A stretch of 64,000 nt of DNA from the human T2T-CHM13v2.0 reference genome, Homo sapiens. Under the pieces are notes generated by a model that had not been told where the DNA came from, ran no database searches, and was given only the letters and a program-made list of their open reading frames with translations. Positions 34,160-55,735 of this stretch are shown here, piece after piece. Numbering within the stretch: the first letter of the stretch is position 1; every line of letters begins with the position of its first letter. The stretch lies in assembly GCF_009914755.1 (NCBI RefSeq), contig NC_060948.1. The stretch is one strand, 5' to 3'. The position numbers were made by a program, and so were the translations under genes.

Positions 34160-34490
34160 AAAATATAAGGGTGAGGAAGATATTGGTCAAAGGATACAAA
34201 ATTTCAGTTAGATAGGAAGGATAAGTTTAAGAGATCTATTTTACAGATAGCATGTTGACTGTGGTTAATAAAAACATTATATTCTTGTACATTGCTAATA
34301 AAATAGATTTTAAATATTCTTACCACAAAAAAGATAAATATGTGAGGTAATGTATATGTCAATTAGCTAGATTTAGCCATCCTACAATATGTGTGTGTTT
34401 CAGAACAATACGATGTACAAAATGAATATATATAATTTTACTCATCAATTAAAATAAATAAATGTTGAAAAATGAAATAAAAATAAAAAG
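34160..34490 (+). mobile_element. L1MA 3' end
   Basis: ggtcaaaggatacaaaatttcagttagatagg...aattagctagatttagccat. Confidence 0.8.
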
Positions 34491-34539
34491 CAGTTGGACT
34501 TTATATCACAATGTTTTTATATGATTATTTGAAAGCTCT

Positions 34540-35117
34540 GTAGCTAAAGCCTATCAGGAACACACTACAGTTGAACAAATTCTGTTTATTACTCATTACA
34601 GTAAGAGAGAATGTACACCATAGGGAACTGTTTTGTAAATTATGGGGGCATCTCTGTAGGAAGATAATAAAAGGACTTGTTATAGTGTTTGGATTTGTAT
34701 TAGGTGATTTGGGAGAAATATTGAGGGATCAGAATTTTTCTCTGGATTGAATACTCTCAGGAAGTAAGGGTAATGTGATGATTAAGTATCTTAATACATC
34801 TTATCTATTGTGAGGGCAGTCTAAAGCAAGGGTAAAGTTGTAATTGGTAAAAGAAAAAAAGCAGTAACTTATATTAGTCAGAATAGTGAGACAACTGGTG
34901 AGTTTTCTGACTTGCACAATGTTCCTGTTCTGTCTGTGTTCAGACATGACTGCAGAGTGGTCTTTTTTTCGCCTTCATCTATCATGGTCACAGAGTAGCC
35001 TCATTTAATGCTGGTGTTCCTGAAATAGTAATACCAAGGCCTAGCTGTGAGTGCCAAGCCAGCTGTTAGCAACTGGGCATATCTTGTGAATGTCAGAAGC
35101 TGTTTTTCTCTTTCTCA
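34540..35117 (-). mobile_element. ERV1 solo LTR (MER67-like)
   Basis: Ends tgtcagaagctgtttttctctttctca, which is TGAGAAAGAGAAAAACAGC on the - strand. Confidence 0.6.
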
Positions 35118-35906
35118 AAACCAGTTAAACATTTTAGTTGAGTGATTTGCCCTGCAGCTGGTGGATGAGAAGGAGTTTTCCAAAAATGGGAAAAAACAGA
35201 ACAAGATATGCCCTTTCTCAAAAGGCATGTTTTCAAACACTACTTCTATATGGCAAATTATTTCTTATACAAATGTAAAATATAAAGAAGAGACTATGAG
35301 AAAATACTTGCAATATGTATAACAAACAAATGACTATACAATTCTTTCTATAAATAAAACATCAAACAACCCAATAGAAAAATACAGCAACAATTCACAG
35401 ATTAATAACTATAAATAGATAAGTAAAGATATTCAACTTTACTATTCATGAAGTAAATATAAATTAAAACAAAGAAGCAATTTTCTTCCATTTAATTGAC
35501 GCAAAAAATGATGAGGGAATAGGAAATCCTAACATTGTTAAATGTGAACAAAGTACAAGTACTCTACAGGATATTTTGGCAATCTCTAGCAAACTTTAAA
35601 ATGCGCATTAAATTTTTAAGAATTTTTCTTTTAGAAATCCTACATGTGCACAAAAACATGATTCAAAAATGTTCATTGTAGCATTTGTTAAACAGAAAAA
35701 ATCGGCGAATAACATTGAACATCAAACAGAGAAGTACCTAAATTTAAAAATGATGTATCCATACTATGAAGTTATATGCCAGCAATTAAAATATTTATAT
35801 AGATACGTATGGCAAATATAGAAGAAAAACAAAGATACAGATTTAGACAAGAAAATTAATCTACAGAAAGTGCTTTATATGTCATTTATATCAAAATATT
35901 TACATA

Positions 35907-36195
35907 GGCCAATTGCAGCAGCTTATGCCTATAATCCCAACACTTTGGGTGGCTGAGCCAGAAGGATTGCCTGAGTCCAGGAATTTGAGACCAGCCTAGG
36001 CAACATAGTGAGACCTCTTTTCTACAAAAACAAAAACAAAAAAGAGCCAGGTATGGTGACATATGCCTGTAGTCCCAACTACTCAGGAGGCTGAGGTGGG
36101 AGAATTGCTTGAGCCTGCGAGGTTGAGGCGCAGTAAGCTGAGAGCGTGCCAATGTACTCCAGCCTGGGCAACAGAGCAAGACCCTGTCTAAAAAT
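35907..36195 (+). mobile_element. Alu (J-like) within an old L1ME-like remnant (~35270-36460)
   Basis: Alu dimer. Confidence 0.85.
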
Positions 36196-37413
36196 ATATA
36201 TTTATATATTTGTAATATTTGCATATATGTGTATGAATATATATATATAAAGTATGTGTGTATATATATTTAAATGAATATAAAATTATCTGTAAGTGAG
36301 CATACCAATTGTGAGCTGATCTGTTTCCTTTGAAGACCAGGAATTCAGTTGAATTTTGCGAGAAAGAGGGTGGGGAGAATGGTAGAAATGTAAGTTTTTC
36401 TGTATATACATCTGTACTGCTTGAAATTTTTATAGGAATGTATTATTTTCATTACAAATAGTTAAATAATAGTATATTCTCTTAGGAAACATCTAGCTGA
36501 GATGGGATAACTTGTAATGCAGTTATCTTCCTGGTAGAAACAACTGAAAACACTGGACTGTATACATACATATATCAATGTTTTTAAGTGTTAGAAATTA
36601 GGTAGTGAAAGAGAATAATTCCTTAGAGGGTGAAAGCAAAATAAAGCCTTATGATTGTCCGGGCTTACTGCCTGAAAGGAGATTTTGGGCTGTATCATAC
36701 AAAGGGAGAACCCAAATGGAATCCAGTAGCCTCCCTAAGTTGAGATGACAGAGCTAGGAGTCCAGAAAGGGAAATACAGCTAGAATTTTCAGGGAAGAAT
36801 ACAAGAGAAAAAAGACATGCACAAAAAATATGACAACTGCAGAGATTTGTTGAAGGTCCTCCTCAGCTCTAGTTGAGCACGAATCAGTGCATGAATGTGA
36901 GGAAACTAACCGAGGCTGGAGAAATAACTATCTAAAAACAGTAGAGAAAAAAATTCTTAGTGCTCAAACAGTTCATGTTCCCATAATTCAGAGTGAAAAA
37001 CCTTGTACTTCACATGACATTAGGTAGGTTCCTCAGAGGGTATCGCCACAGTAGTGGAAAAAAAAAAAGCCCGAGATTAATACCTAGTCTGGTTCCAACA
37101 AAGTTCAAAAACAAGCCTTGAAAGAATCAATGTTTTGTTTTGTTTTTTTGTTCCAAGTAAACTTAAAGCATCTCAGATTTAAGTGTGAAAATAATATTAG
37201 AAGAAGAAAAACACCATCAAAAAAGTAAAATCCACATTTTCTGACATCAAATAAAAAATTACTAAGCATGCATGAAGCCAGGAAAATAAGAGAAAAGCCA
37301 TTCAACAGGAAGAGGCCAGAAAATGGCACGTATAGAATAAGTAGACAATAATATTAAAATAGCTACAAATATTCTAACTCTATTATATATGTTCAATACA
37401 TAAGAGGAAAGGT

Positions 37414-37718
<305 letters not shown>

Positions 37719-37844
37719 TTAAGTAAACATATGAAAGACATACCAAAATCAAACTTCCGTGGATGTGAATTACACGTCTGAAATCAAAAATAAAATGGGT
37801 GGATATATAGCAGATTCAGCACTGCAGAAGAAAAGACCAACACT

Positions 37845-38250
37845 ACAATTGAATTTTGTTCCCCCATATTAGTATGTTGAAGTTTCAAACCGCAGTGCCA
37901 CAGAATGTGATATTATTTTAATATGAGATTCTTGCAGATGTGAGCTAAGATGAAGTAATTAGGAAAAGACTTAATCCAACACTACAATACTACTGGCATT
38001 TTAATAACCGGGAAATCTGGAGGTAGAGGCACATACCCAGGTAGAATGTCACATGAAAACAAAGGCAGAAAAGTCACTGAATCTAGCTAGGCAAGAGAGG
38101 TTGTAGATTCTGAGAGCCCTCAGAAGAAACCAACCTTGTCAACACCTTGATATTAAACTTCCAGTCCCCAGAACTGTGAGAAAATATATGATGTATAAGC
38201 CCCCTAGTTTGTGGTGTTTTACTATGGCCACTTTAGCAAACTAAAGCTAC
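37845..38250 (+). mobile_element. MLT1 (MaLR) LTR
   Basis: gagccctcagaagaaaccaacc..acaccttgat..cttccagtccccagaactgtgagaaaat. Confidence 0.8.
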
Positions 38251-39046
38251 CATTAACATTGAAAACATTAGGAGAGTAATTTCCACATTAAATGCAAAGA
38301 GGAAACATTGTTTGAAAACAAAGCTAGAATACCTATATAATATGATAGGGTAGATGTCAGAGGCAAGAATATCACATGCAAAATGAGGGACATTGTAAAC
38401 TGATAAAGGGAGAATTTACCAAGGAAATGTAAGAATTTAAAAATTTGATATTTAGGCATCCAAAATAACTGTGCTTCAAAATCAACATTGCAAAAATTAA
38501 TAAAACTTAAAGGAGAAATAGGTAAATTCACAATTATAGTCAAATATGTCAATATTCCTCTTTTAATAAATGATAAAAGATTTGGAAAAAATCAGTAAAA
38601 TATACAGACTTGAAAAACAATATCAAATAACTTGACTTAACTGACTTTGGTAGAACACGTGACACAACAACAGTAGAATATGCAGTCTTTTCGAGTGCAC
38701 ACAGAACATATACCAAGATAAGCCAGATGCAGGATCATTAAACAAGTCTGAATAAATGTAAAATGATTGAAGCCATACAAAGTACATTCGCTGACCACAA
38801 TGGACTTAAACTAGGAATTAATATCAGAAAAAAAATGTCTAGGAAATTCCCAAGTATTTTAACACTAAATAGCATAGTTCCGGAGAGGAGATGGATCAAG
38901 GAAAGAATAAGATACAATTAGAAAATAATTTGAATTAAATGAGAGTGAAAAGACAACCTACCAAAATTTGTGGGACTCAGATTTAAAAATATTGGAAGGT
39001 AAATTTATAGCACTAAAATTTCTACGTCATACAAGATTGGTCTCAG

Positions 39047-39322
39047 CTGGGCGTGGTGGCTCATGCCTATAATCCTATCACTTTGGGAGGGCCAGGCAGG
39101 TGAATCACCTGAGGTCAGCAGTTCAAGACGGGTCTGGCCAACATGGAAAACCTGTCTCTACCAAAAATACAAAAATTAGCAGGGCATAATTGTGCATGCC
39201 TGTAATCCCAGTTACCTAGGAGGCTGGGACAACAGAATCACTTGAACCTAGGAGGCGGAGGTTGCACTGAGCCAAGGTGGTGCCACTGAACTGCAGCCTG
39301 GACATCAGAGAGAGACAAAAAA
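39047..39322 (+). mobile_element. Alu (Sx-like)
   Basis: Alu dimer; degenerate TSD aagattggtctca/aagattgccctca. Confidence 0.88.
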
Positions 39323-40403
39323 AGATTGCCCTCATAACAATGAGAGCATCTACATTTCTATATTGAGAAAATAAGACAAAAGAGCAAATGAAACCCAAAA
39401 TAAACAGAATGAAGAAAATAAAATTAAAGTAGAAATGAAACAGAAAACAAAAATATACTAAGGAAAATCAATGTAATGAAAAGGTAGTTCATTGAAATGA
39501 TTAATATAACTGATAAACCTATAGCCATATCAATGTGGAAAAAATATACACATTAGGAATGATAGAGGTGCCATCACTAAAGTTCTACATCTATTAAGTG
39601 GATAATAATTAAATGTCAAAAACAACTTTATGCAAATAAAAGCAACAACTGAATGACAAATACCTTGAAAAGACAAGCTACCAATGCTAACACAAAAATA
39701 AATAGATAAACCCAACACTATATCTAAAAACAGAAATGAAATTTTTAAACAAAACTTTCACACAAAGAAAATGTCTGGCCCAGATTACTTTGCATAAGAA
39801 TTCTAACGAACATCAAAAGAAGAAATAATACCAACTCTACACAAAATCTTCTAGAAAATTAAAAGGAGAGAATGCTATCTATCTCACTATACAAGCCCAA
39901 CATTACCTTGATGCCAAAGCTAGACAAACAAATTACAAGAAAATCACAAACTAATGTCCCCCATGAACAAATTCAAAATTTTCTAACTATTTTTTTACTA
40001 AAACAGTATGCAGAATGGATAAAATATCCATAATCAAGTGAGTTTTATGTAATGTTGAATTATCGTTAGAAAAATAATCAGTATCACTCAGCATCATTAA
40101 AAATTAACAGCCTATAAAAGAAAGCAAGACAATAGACACAGAAAAAGCACTTGACAAAATCCAACATCCATTCTTGATAAAATTAAACTTTCAGCAAATT
40201 AGCAATAAAAAGGTAATACTCCTATCTGATAAAAGGCATCTGTAATAAACCTACAGCACCATACTTAATGATAAAACGTTGAATGGTTTTCCCTCGAAGA
40301 TAGAGAAAAAAATGAAGATATTAGTGCTGACTACTTCTCTTCAATGTTGTATTAGTGTTTCTAGACAATGTAATAATTGAAGAAAAAGATGTAAAATCTT
40401 TCT

Positions 40404-47640
<7,237 letters not shown>

Positions 47641-49726
47641 AATCTTTCCAGAATGAAATAAATAACACCGCTTATTAATAGACAATATCATCTAAATTTA
47701 AAAAAATGTTACAATCTACAAAAATCATCTAGAACTAATAAGTGGATTTTTCAAGGTTGTGGAATCTAAGGTCAGTATAAAATGATAAATCTATAAACTA
47801 CACTAAAAATTAGAAATTAAAATTTTAAAACAATGCCACTAACAAACAAAAATATAAAATACATAATAATAAATTTGACAAAATCTATGCAAGAACTATA
47901 TAGCAGAAACAACACAGTATTGTAAAGACAAATTAAAGAAAACCTAAATACAGTGAAGCATATTATTATGCATAATTGATAGGAGAAATATCATATATTG
48001 ATATAGCATATGAATAATGGAAGGGGATAATAGGCCCCTTTTGGGTTCAGTAGGGGCTTATTGAGGGTTTGATGGCTGAATATTGTTATAATTTCAAATC
48101 TTCCACTATGTTATTAATAGAATCAATGTAATCTCAATCAGAAACCTAGCAGGCTTAAGAAAAAAGAGAAGCCAATTATAAAATGTATGTGGAAATACAA
48201 AGGAACTGGAATATCCATTAAAACTTTAAAAGTAAAAACACCACTGAAATACTAACATCAGATGATTTGTAGACTTGATTTTACAAATGGTTATCAAGAC
48301 AGACACATATATCAATGAAATTGAATACTGAGTCCAGAAATTGACCCAGACCAAAATGGTCTGTTGATTTTTGACAAAGATCTACATAAAATTTGGTGGA
48401 AAAGGATAGTCATTTTTACAAATTGTGTTAGAAAAATTAGATATCCATATGTAAATAACAATTATAATTAACTTCAATCCACACCTTACACCATATATTA
48501 AAATTTAGTCAAGATGGAATTTAGATTTAGATATAACATCTAAAACTATAAAATTTCAAGAAGATAATGTGGAACAACATATTTATGAATCTGGATTTGG
48601 CATAGATTTTTTAAAATACAACAGAAAAAGTACAAAATATAAAAGAAAAAAGTCAATAACTTATATTAGTCTATTTGTGATGCTATACAAAATAACTTAG
48701 ACTGGGTAGTTTATAAAGAAAGCAAATTAACCTTTTATAACTCCAGAGGCCAGGAAGTCCAAGATCAAGATACCAGAAAGTTTGATGTCTAGTGAGGGTT
48801 ACACACTTTGTCTAAGCTATTACCTTGTTGCTGCATCTCCAAATGGGAGAAATGCTGTATTCTCATGTGGAAGAAAAGCCCAAAGGGCTTAAGTTAGTTC
48901 CTTCCTTCCCTTTTATAATGATCTGTCCCTCATGACTTAATCACTTCCCAAAAGGCCTCACCTTTTAATATCATCACCATGGGGGTGAATTTCAACATGT
49001 GAATTTTGGAAGGGACACATTCAAACCATAGCACTCTACCAGTGGTGGGCCAAAATTCATGTTCTCCTCACATACAAAAATACATTAATTCTATCCCAAA
49101 AGTGTTAACACATTCCAGCATAACTTTTAAAGTCTATATGCAAAGTCTGATCTAGAACATGCAAATATTATCTAAATCAGATATGGGGGATACTCAAAGT
49201 ATGATTCATCTAGAGTCAAATTACCATTCAGAGTCCAAAATACCATTGGAAGATGGTCATGGGATAGGTATTCCCAATCCAAAAGATACAACTAGGTAAG
49301 AGGAAAGGGGTGATAGTTTGCTTTTGGTTTCAAAACAAAACGGGACGAACAACATTGTATCTTAAGGCCTGAGAATAATATTATTTGACTCCATGTCCCA
49401 CATTCCAGACACACTTGAGTGAAGGTTGAGTCCCCAAGGCTGCAAAAAACTTTCTCACATTGATTTTTGGGGTACAGCCATGCCACAGCTCTTAGGGTTT
49501 GATTTAATTTGCCTGGAGCTCTCCCAGGCTGGCATTGCAGTAGCGGCTGTGCAGGCCTGGGGTCTTGGAGGTGACCTTCATCCAATAATCTTGGTAAACA
49601 CTGCTCTAGTGGTGGCTATCTGCAGTATCCATGACCCCTTAGCTCCACTGGACATTTCCCCTGTCGAGATCCCCTTTGGTAACCCTGACCCCATGGCTCA
49701 ACTGCGCATTGCGCTAGTGGAGGGAA

Positions 49727-50453
49727 TGATATGGTTAGGCTTCCTGGTGTCCCCACCGAAATCTCATCTTGGACTGTAATCCCCATAATACCCACATGTC
49801 AAGGGTGGGACCAGGTGGAAGTAATCGAATCATGGGGGCATTTGATAATTAGTGAGTTATCATGAGATCTGATAGTTTTATAAGGGGCTTGATGTGGTTT
49901 GTTTGTGTCCCCACCCAAATCTCATCTTCAGTTGTAGTTCCCATTATCTTCATGTGTCATAGGAGGGAACAAGTGGGAAGTAATGTAATCATGGGAGTGG
50001 TTACCTCCATATTGTTGTCATGATAGTGAGTGAGTTCTCACCAGATGGTTTATAAGGGGCTTTTCCCCCTTTGCTCAGGACTTCTCCTTTCTGATGCCAT
50101 GTGAGAAAGGACTTGTTGCTTCCCCTTCCATCATGATTGTAAGTTTCCTGATTCCCCTCCAGCCCCATAGAACTGTGAGTCAATTAAACCTCTTTCCTTT
50201 ATAAATTATCCAGTCTCAGGTATGTCTTTATTAGCAGTGTGAGAATGGACTAACACAGGGCTCTTACCCTGTTACTCAGCACTTCTTCTTTCTGCTGCCT
50301 TGTGAGAAGGTGCCTGGCTTCCTCTTTGCCTTCCTCCATGATTGTTAAGATTTCCCCATCCATGTTGAACTGTGAGTCAATTAAACCTATTTCCTTTATA
50401 TATTACCCAGTCTCAGGCAGTTCTTTATAGCAATATGAAAACAGACTAATGCA
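49727..50453 (+). mobile_element. MSTA/THE1D-like solo LTR split by a second LTR
   Basis: tgatatggtt...ttataaggggct [insert] cttaccc...cagactaatgca. Confidence 0.85.
49890..50257 (+). mobile_element. THE1 solo LTR nested in another LTR
   Basis: TG...CA ends; perfect 5-bp TSD gggct at 49885-49889 and 50258-50262. Confidence 0.9.
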
Positions 50454-51177
50454 GGCATTCCGCAGTGGCCCTGATCCTGCAGTATTTCTCTGACTGGACC
50501 CCAAGTTTCTCTGGGGCATTCATTGAAAATTAGGAGGTATCCATGCCTCCACAGCTCATTTGCTCTGCGTGACTGCAAAGTTAGCACCACATGAATGCTG
50601 TCAAGGATTATAGCCTGTATCTTCCAGAGAACTTGCCCTTGCTGCAACTAAGCCCACTTGAGCCACAGCTGAGAATGCTGTGGAGCACTACATTGGAATG
50701 GGGGAAGCAGAGACTTGAGGTGGGCTTAGGCAGCAAACACTGAGGATCTTCAGGCATCCCGGGACCCTCCCTTGAAACTATTCTGCCCTCAAAGACTTAG
50801 TTCTTTGTGCCTGTGGTGAGAGAGGTAGCCTGGAAGATCTCTGTTTTGCCATCAGGATCATTCCTCCATTGTTCTGATAAAAGGAATCTGGCTTCTTCCT
50901 ATCTATACTAATCTCCTCATCTAATGGTCACTTGGCCACACACTTGGTTTTGTCTCCTAAACATAGGTTTTTATTCTTTACTAGGCGAGGTTAACAATTT
51001 TCGAAATCTTCAGGGTCTTCTCCCCTTTTTAATTCCCTTAGAATTATAAATCTTTAATGTGTTTCTCTTTTATTGCATTTTACTATAAGCAGCTAAGCCA
51101 TGCCATCCAGCACCCTGAACAATTTGTTTAGATATTTATTTCACCAAATATTCTAGTTCATCATTGTAAATCTGGCC

Positions 51178-51183
<6 letters not shown>

Positions 51184-51211
<28 letters not shown>

Positions 51212-51493
51212 GAGATGAAGTCTCAGTCTTTCACCCAGGCTGGAGTGCAGTGGCGCGATCTCCACTCACTGCAGGTTCCGTCCCCCGGGGTTCACGCCAT
51301 TCTCCTGCCTCAGCCTCCTGCATAGCTGGGACTACAGGCACCCGCCACCGCGCCCGGCTATTTTTTTGTGTTTTTAGTAGAGACGGAGTTTCACCGTGTT
51401 AGCCAGGATGGTCTCGATCTCCTGACCTCATGATCCACCTGCCTCGGCCTCCCAAAGTGCTGGGATTACAGGTGTGAGCCACCGCGCCCAGCC
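51184..51493 (-). mobile_element. AluY-like element
   Basis: CpG-rich; ttcacgccattctcc and gtgttagccaggatggtctcgatctcc diagnostics; long poly-T. Confidence 0.9.
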
Positions 51494-52079
51494 TAAATTC
51501 TGCCTTTCACAAAACAGAACATGGAGACGAGTCCGGCAAATACTTTGCCACTTAGTAACAAGGATGGCATTTCCTCTATTTTCCAGTAAGATAGTCTTCA
51601 TTTCCATCTGAGACCTCATCAGAATGGCCATTACTGTCCATATTTCTATGAACATTCTGTTCATGACCACATAGGTAATCTCTAAAACTGAGGCTTTCTC
51701 TATAGCTCTCCTCTTCTAAGCTCTCACCAGAATTGCCCTTAACAATCTATTCATGGCAATCTAAGCTTTTACTAGCCTGCACCTTAAAATTCTTCCAACC
51801 TCTACCCAGTTCCAAAGCCACATTCACATTTTTAGGTATATGTTAGAGCAGCACATTCACTTGTCAATACCAATTTGTCTTAATTTGTGAGGCCATGAAG
51901 TACCTTAGACTTAGTAATTTACAGTTCAGGAGGCCATGAAGTTCAATATCAATGCAAAAGCAGATTAGGTGTCTGGTGAGTGCTGCTCTCTATTTCCAAG
52001 ATGGCACCCTGTAACTGCATCTTCCAGAGGAGAAGAATGCTGTGTCCTCACCTGCCAGAAGAGCAGAACACTGGTCTTC

Positions 52080-52430
52080 TATAGATTTCCTTGAACATTT
52101 CAAGCTGCTTCATACAACAAGGATGTGGAACTTGTCTATCTCCTCTGCCCAGAACGCTCTTCTTCCAAGTATTTACCTACCTAATTCTTTATGTCATTTA
52201 AATGTCATCTCTCTGTAGAAGCATTGTTCACCCCATTCCTTCTGCCAACTCTCTACTCCCTTTTCTTTTATTCACAGCACTACTTGAAATTAAATATTTG
52301 TTTGCTCTTGAGTTGGAAGCTATATGAAGGCAGAAACATTTGGTTAGTTTTATGCACTACTGAATCACCCAATGCCTGGAAGAGTACTTCACAAATAGGA
52401 ATCTCTGATGAAAGAATTGTTGAATGATCA
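52080..52430 (+). mobile_element. L2 3' end
   Basis: gaagctatatgaaggcaga..cactactgaatc..caatgcctgga..ttgttgaatga. Confidence 0.65.
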
Positions 52431-52879
52431 TATGAGTAATTGTGGACTTACACTAAAAGTGAAAATAAATAAAATGCTGGCTCTTAAGGCAAAAAGATCT
52501 GCAGGCAAGGACTGCCAAGTGAATCTGAGCACAGAGCTATTGCAGCCAACTAGAGAAAAGGGGAAACTTGGAAGCTTGGAAGTCATAGATAAGGAAACAC
52601 CAAAGAAGCCTTTGAAGATTACAGATTAATCTAATATCTTATGACTAGAAGAGAATGTGCATATTTGTCTTAAGAAGAGATTGTGAGTGGGAAAGTGATG
52701 TAATTAGATATGTTTCATGCATATCATAATTGTTGTATATAATTATTGGTATTGGTGCCTTAATTTACTCTTTGATAAGCCTAAGTTCTACCCTTTCCTC
52801 ATCAGTTTTCTTCTGAGTTCCCAATATACTGGGTAGTTGAATAGGAAAAATCTGTTTATTTAACTTCCTATTAATCTAT

Positions 52880-53033
52880 TCATATATAATGTATATATAT
52901 AAAATGTGTTTGTGTATATATATAACATATATATAACATATATAACACATATATAACATATATAACATATATATAACATATATATAACATATATAACATA
53001 TATAACATATATATCATATATATATATACACAC
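52880..53033. repeat. (TATATAACA)n AT-rich minisatellite
   Basis: Directly visible. Confidence 0.95.
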
Positions 53034-53138
53034 ATTTCTACTAAGTTTGTGTTCAATTTTAGCAGTAGTTTCTTTTTCTCCAGTTCTTAATAAAGTAACT
53101 AATATTCTGAGGAAAATAGAGTTAAGATACTTACGTTA

Positions 53139-53406
53139 GGCCGGCCTGGTGGCTACCTGTAATCTCAGCACTTTGGGAGGCTGAGGTGGGAAGATCATGA
53201 GGTCAGCATTTCGAGACCAGCCTGGCCAACATAGTGAAACCCCATCTCTACTAAAAAGTACAAAAAATTAGCTGGGTGTGTTGGCGAACACTACTCATGA
53301 GGCTGATGCAGGAGAATTTCTTCAATCCAGGAGGCAGAGGTTGCAGTGAGTTGAGACGGCACCATTGTAGTCCAGCCCAAGCAACAGTGTGAGACTCCAG
53401 AAAAAA
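53139..53406 (+). mobile_element. Alu (S-like)
   Basis: Alu dimer; TSD acttacgtta/acttatgtta. Confidence 0.88.
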
Positions 53407-53502
53407 CTTATGTTAACTAATGAAATTAATTTTGTTAAGTATTTTTAAGTTGTATCATTTCATTCACTTCTGCAAGGATGTATCTTGCTGGCATTGATTG
53501 TA

Positions 53503-53799
<297 letters not shown>

Positions 53800-54155
53800 A
53801 ATTGTATTTGTTTACAAGCAAATTATTGAGGAAAATTGGCAATAAATATATATACATACATCTATTTTAAATTTCTCTAATTTTATTTTGAAAGTATCTT
53901 TTAAATGATAAATGTACCCATAGACTTAATGAAAAGAAAAAAAACAAAAATATTAAATTTTCCCTTCAGTAAAACATTTTGAAACTATAAATAAAGAATA
54001 AAACACAAGGTGAAAACAAGCAGGAAAATAGCATTTAAAAATGCATATAAATAAATGTTATCTTCACTGATATCTTCGTTTACACCAGTAAACTATTACA
54101 AAATCATTTTTAAGTCTGCATTGCCTTTAAAAAAGGAAAATTCAGCATATCTTTT

Positions 54156-54676
54156 ATTTTTTATTATTTTATTTTATTATTATAATACTTTAAGTTTTAG
54201 GGTACATGTGCATAATGTGCAGGTTAGTTACGTATGTATACATGTGCCATCCTGGTGTGCTGCACCCATTAACTCATCATTTAGCATTAGGTATATCTCC
54301 TAATGTTATCCCTCCCCTCTTCCCCAACCCCACAACATTCCCCAGAGTGTGATGTTCCCCTTCCTGTGTCCATGTGATCTCATTTTTCAATTCCCACCTG
54401 TGAGTGAGAACATGTGGTGTTTGGTTTTTTGTCCTTGTGATAGTTTACTGAGAATGATGATTTCCAATTTCATCCATGTCCCTACAAAGGACATGAACTC
54501 ATCATTTTTTATGGCTGCATAGTATTCCACGGTGTATATGTGCCACATTTTCTTAATCCAGTCTATCATTGTTGGACATTTGTGTTGGTTCCAAGTCTTT
54601 GCTATTGTGAATAGTTCCGCCGTAAACATACGTGTGCATGTGTCTTTATAGCAGCATGATTTATAGTATTTTGGGT
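54156..54676 (-). mobile_element. 5'-truncated L1PA 3' end
   Basis: ORF 54387-54629(-) IAKTWNQHKCPTMIDWIKKMW; TSD aattcagcatatctttt/aattcagtgtagctttt. Confidence 0.93.
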
Positions 54677-55027
54677 AATTCAGTGTAGCTTTTAAAAATC
54701 ACCAAAAATAAATTTGCAAAGAAGTTTAAAGATATTTCCGAGATGTTTTTTATTGTGATTTTTTTCTTTCACACACAGAAAGCAATCAAGAATTTTCACA
54801 GGAAACTTGTTTTTTAATAAATTGGTGGGTGATTGTGCAGGTGTGTGAATGAATTTTGAGAGGTTCCCAGCATTCCTGGGGGCTCATCCTTCAGTAGATA
54901 GATTACAGGGTAGAAGCAGAGGGTTGCGGGCCTCTGACTCCCCTTTAAATGCCAAAAATGTGAAAATGCCTCTCGGATTTGCCTATAGCCATCCACAGAA
55001 GAACTTACACTATAAAAAAAATCTAAA

Positions 55028-55330
55028 GGTTGGGTGTGGTGGCTCATTCTTGTAATCCCAACACTTTGGGAGACTGAAGCGGGTGGATCACGAGGTCGAG
55101 AGTTCCAGACCAGCCTGCTCAACATGGTGAAACCTAGTCCGTACCAAAGATACAAAAAATTAGCCAGGTGTGCTGGCATGTGCCTATAATCCCAGCTTCA
55201 CGAGAGGCTGAGGCAGGAGAATTGCTTAAACCTGGGAGGCGGAGGTTTCAGTGAGCTGAGAACACACCATTGCACTCCAGCCTAGGCAACAGGGGGAGAT
55301 TCCGCCTCAAAAAAAACAACAACAAAAAAG
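55028..55330 (+). mobile_element. Alu (Sg-like)
   Basis: Alu dimer. Confidence 0.9.
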
Positions 55331-55579
55331 CCAAATGTTATTGGCATTTTTATAAGATCCAGCAGTAAGTAATACTCAGAATGTTTTGTCCTCTAAGTTT
55401 TAATTGGCAATGTTTCTTCTAAACAAATATCCAGAAATATTTTTTAAATAAAGCTTGGGGAGTTGTTTACAAAGCACTCATGCAAAGCCATTTTAATATT
55501 TTGGAAGATAACAAGTTATATTACATTTACATTGAATTCAAGGTAATTTTTAAGTAATGAATTGTCTTACCTCATTTTA

Positions 55580-55735
55580 TTCCAGTCCCCTCATTTTACA
55601 GATTTTACAGCCTAGAGAAGAGAAAAAACTTCTGGCAATTCATACTGACAGATAATGAGAAAACTAACAGTGGAAACCAAGTCTCCTGCCCATGAACTCA
55701 CCAATCCCCATCCTTTTGTCTTTTCACTATACCAC
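55580..55735 (-). mobile_element. MIR
   Basis: cctcattttacagat...gcctagagaag MIR core. Confidence 0.6.

Larger units (their letters stand above)
48663..52070 (-). mobile_element. MaLR (MST/MLT1-type) proviral remnant: LTR ~48663-49032, internal region, second LTR ~51875-52070
   Basis: tattagtc..agactgggtagtttataaag..cacattcaaaccatagca LTR; MaLR internal motifs; similar LTR part at the right end. Confidence 0.7.

Noticed and set aside
52880-53033. CRISPR-like or functional repeat array
   Set aside because: It is a simple AT-rich minisatellite with no spacers, in eukaryotic DNA.
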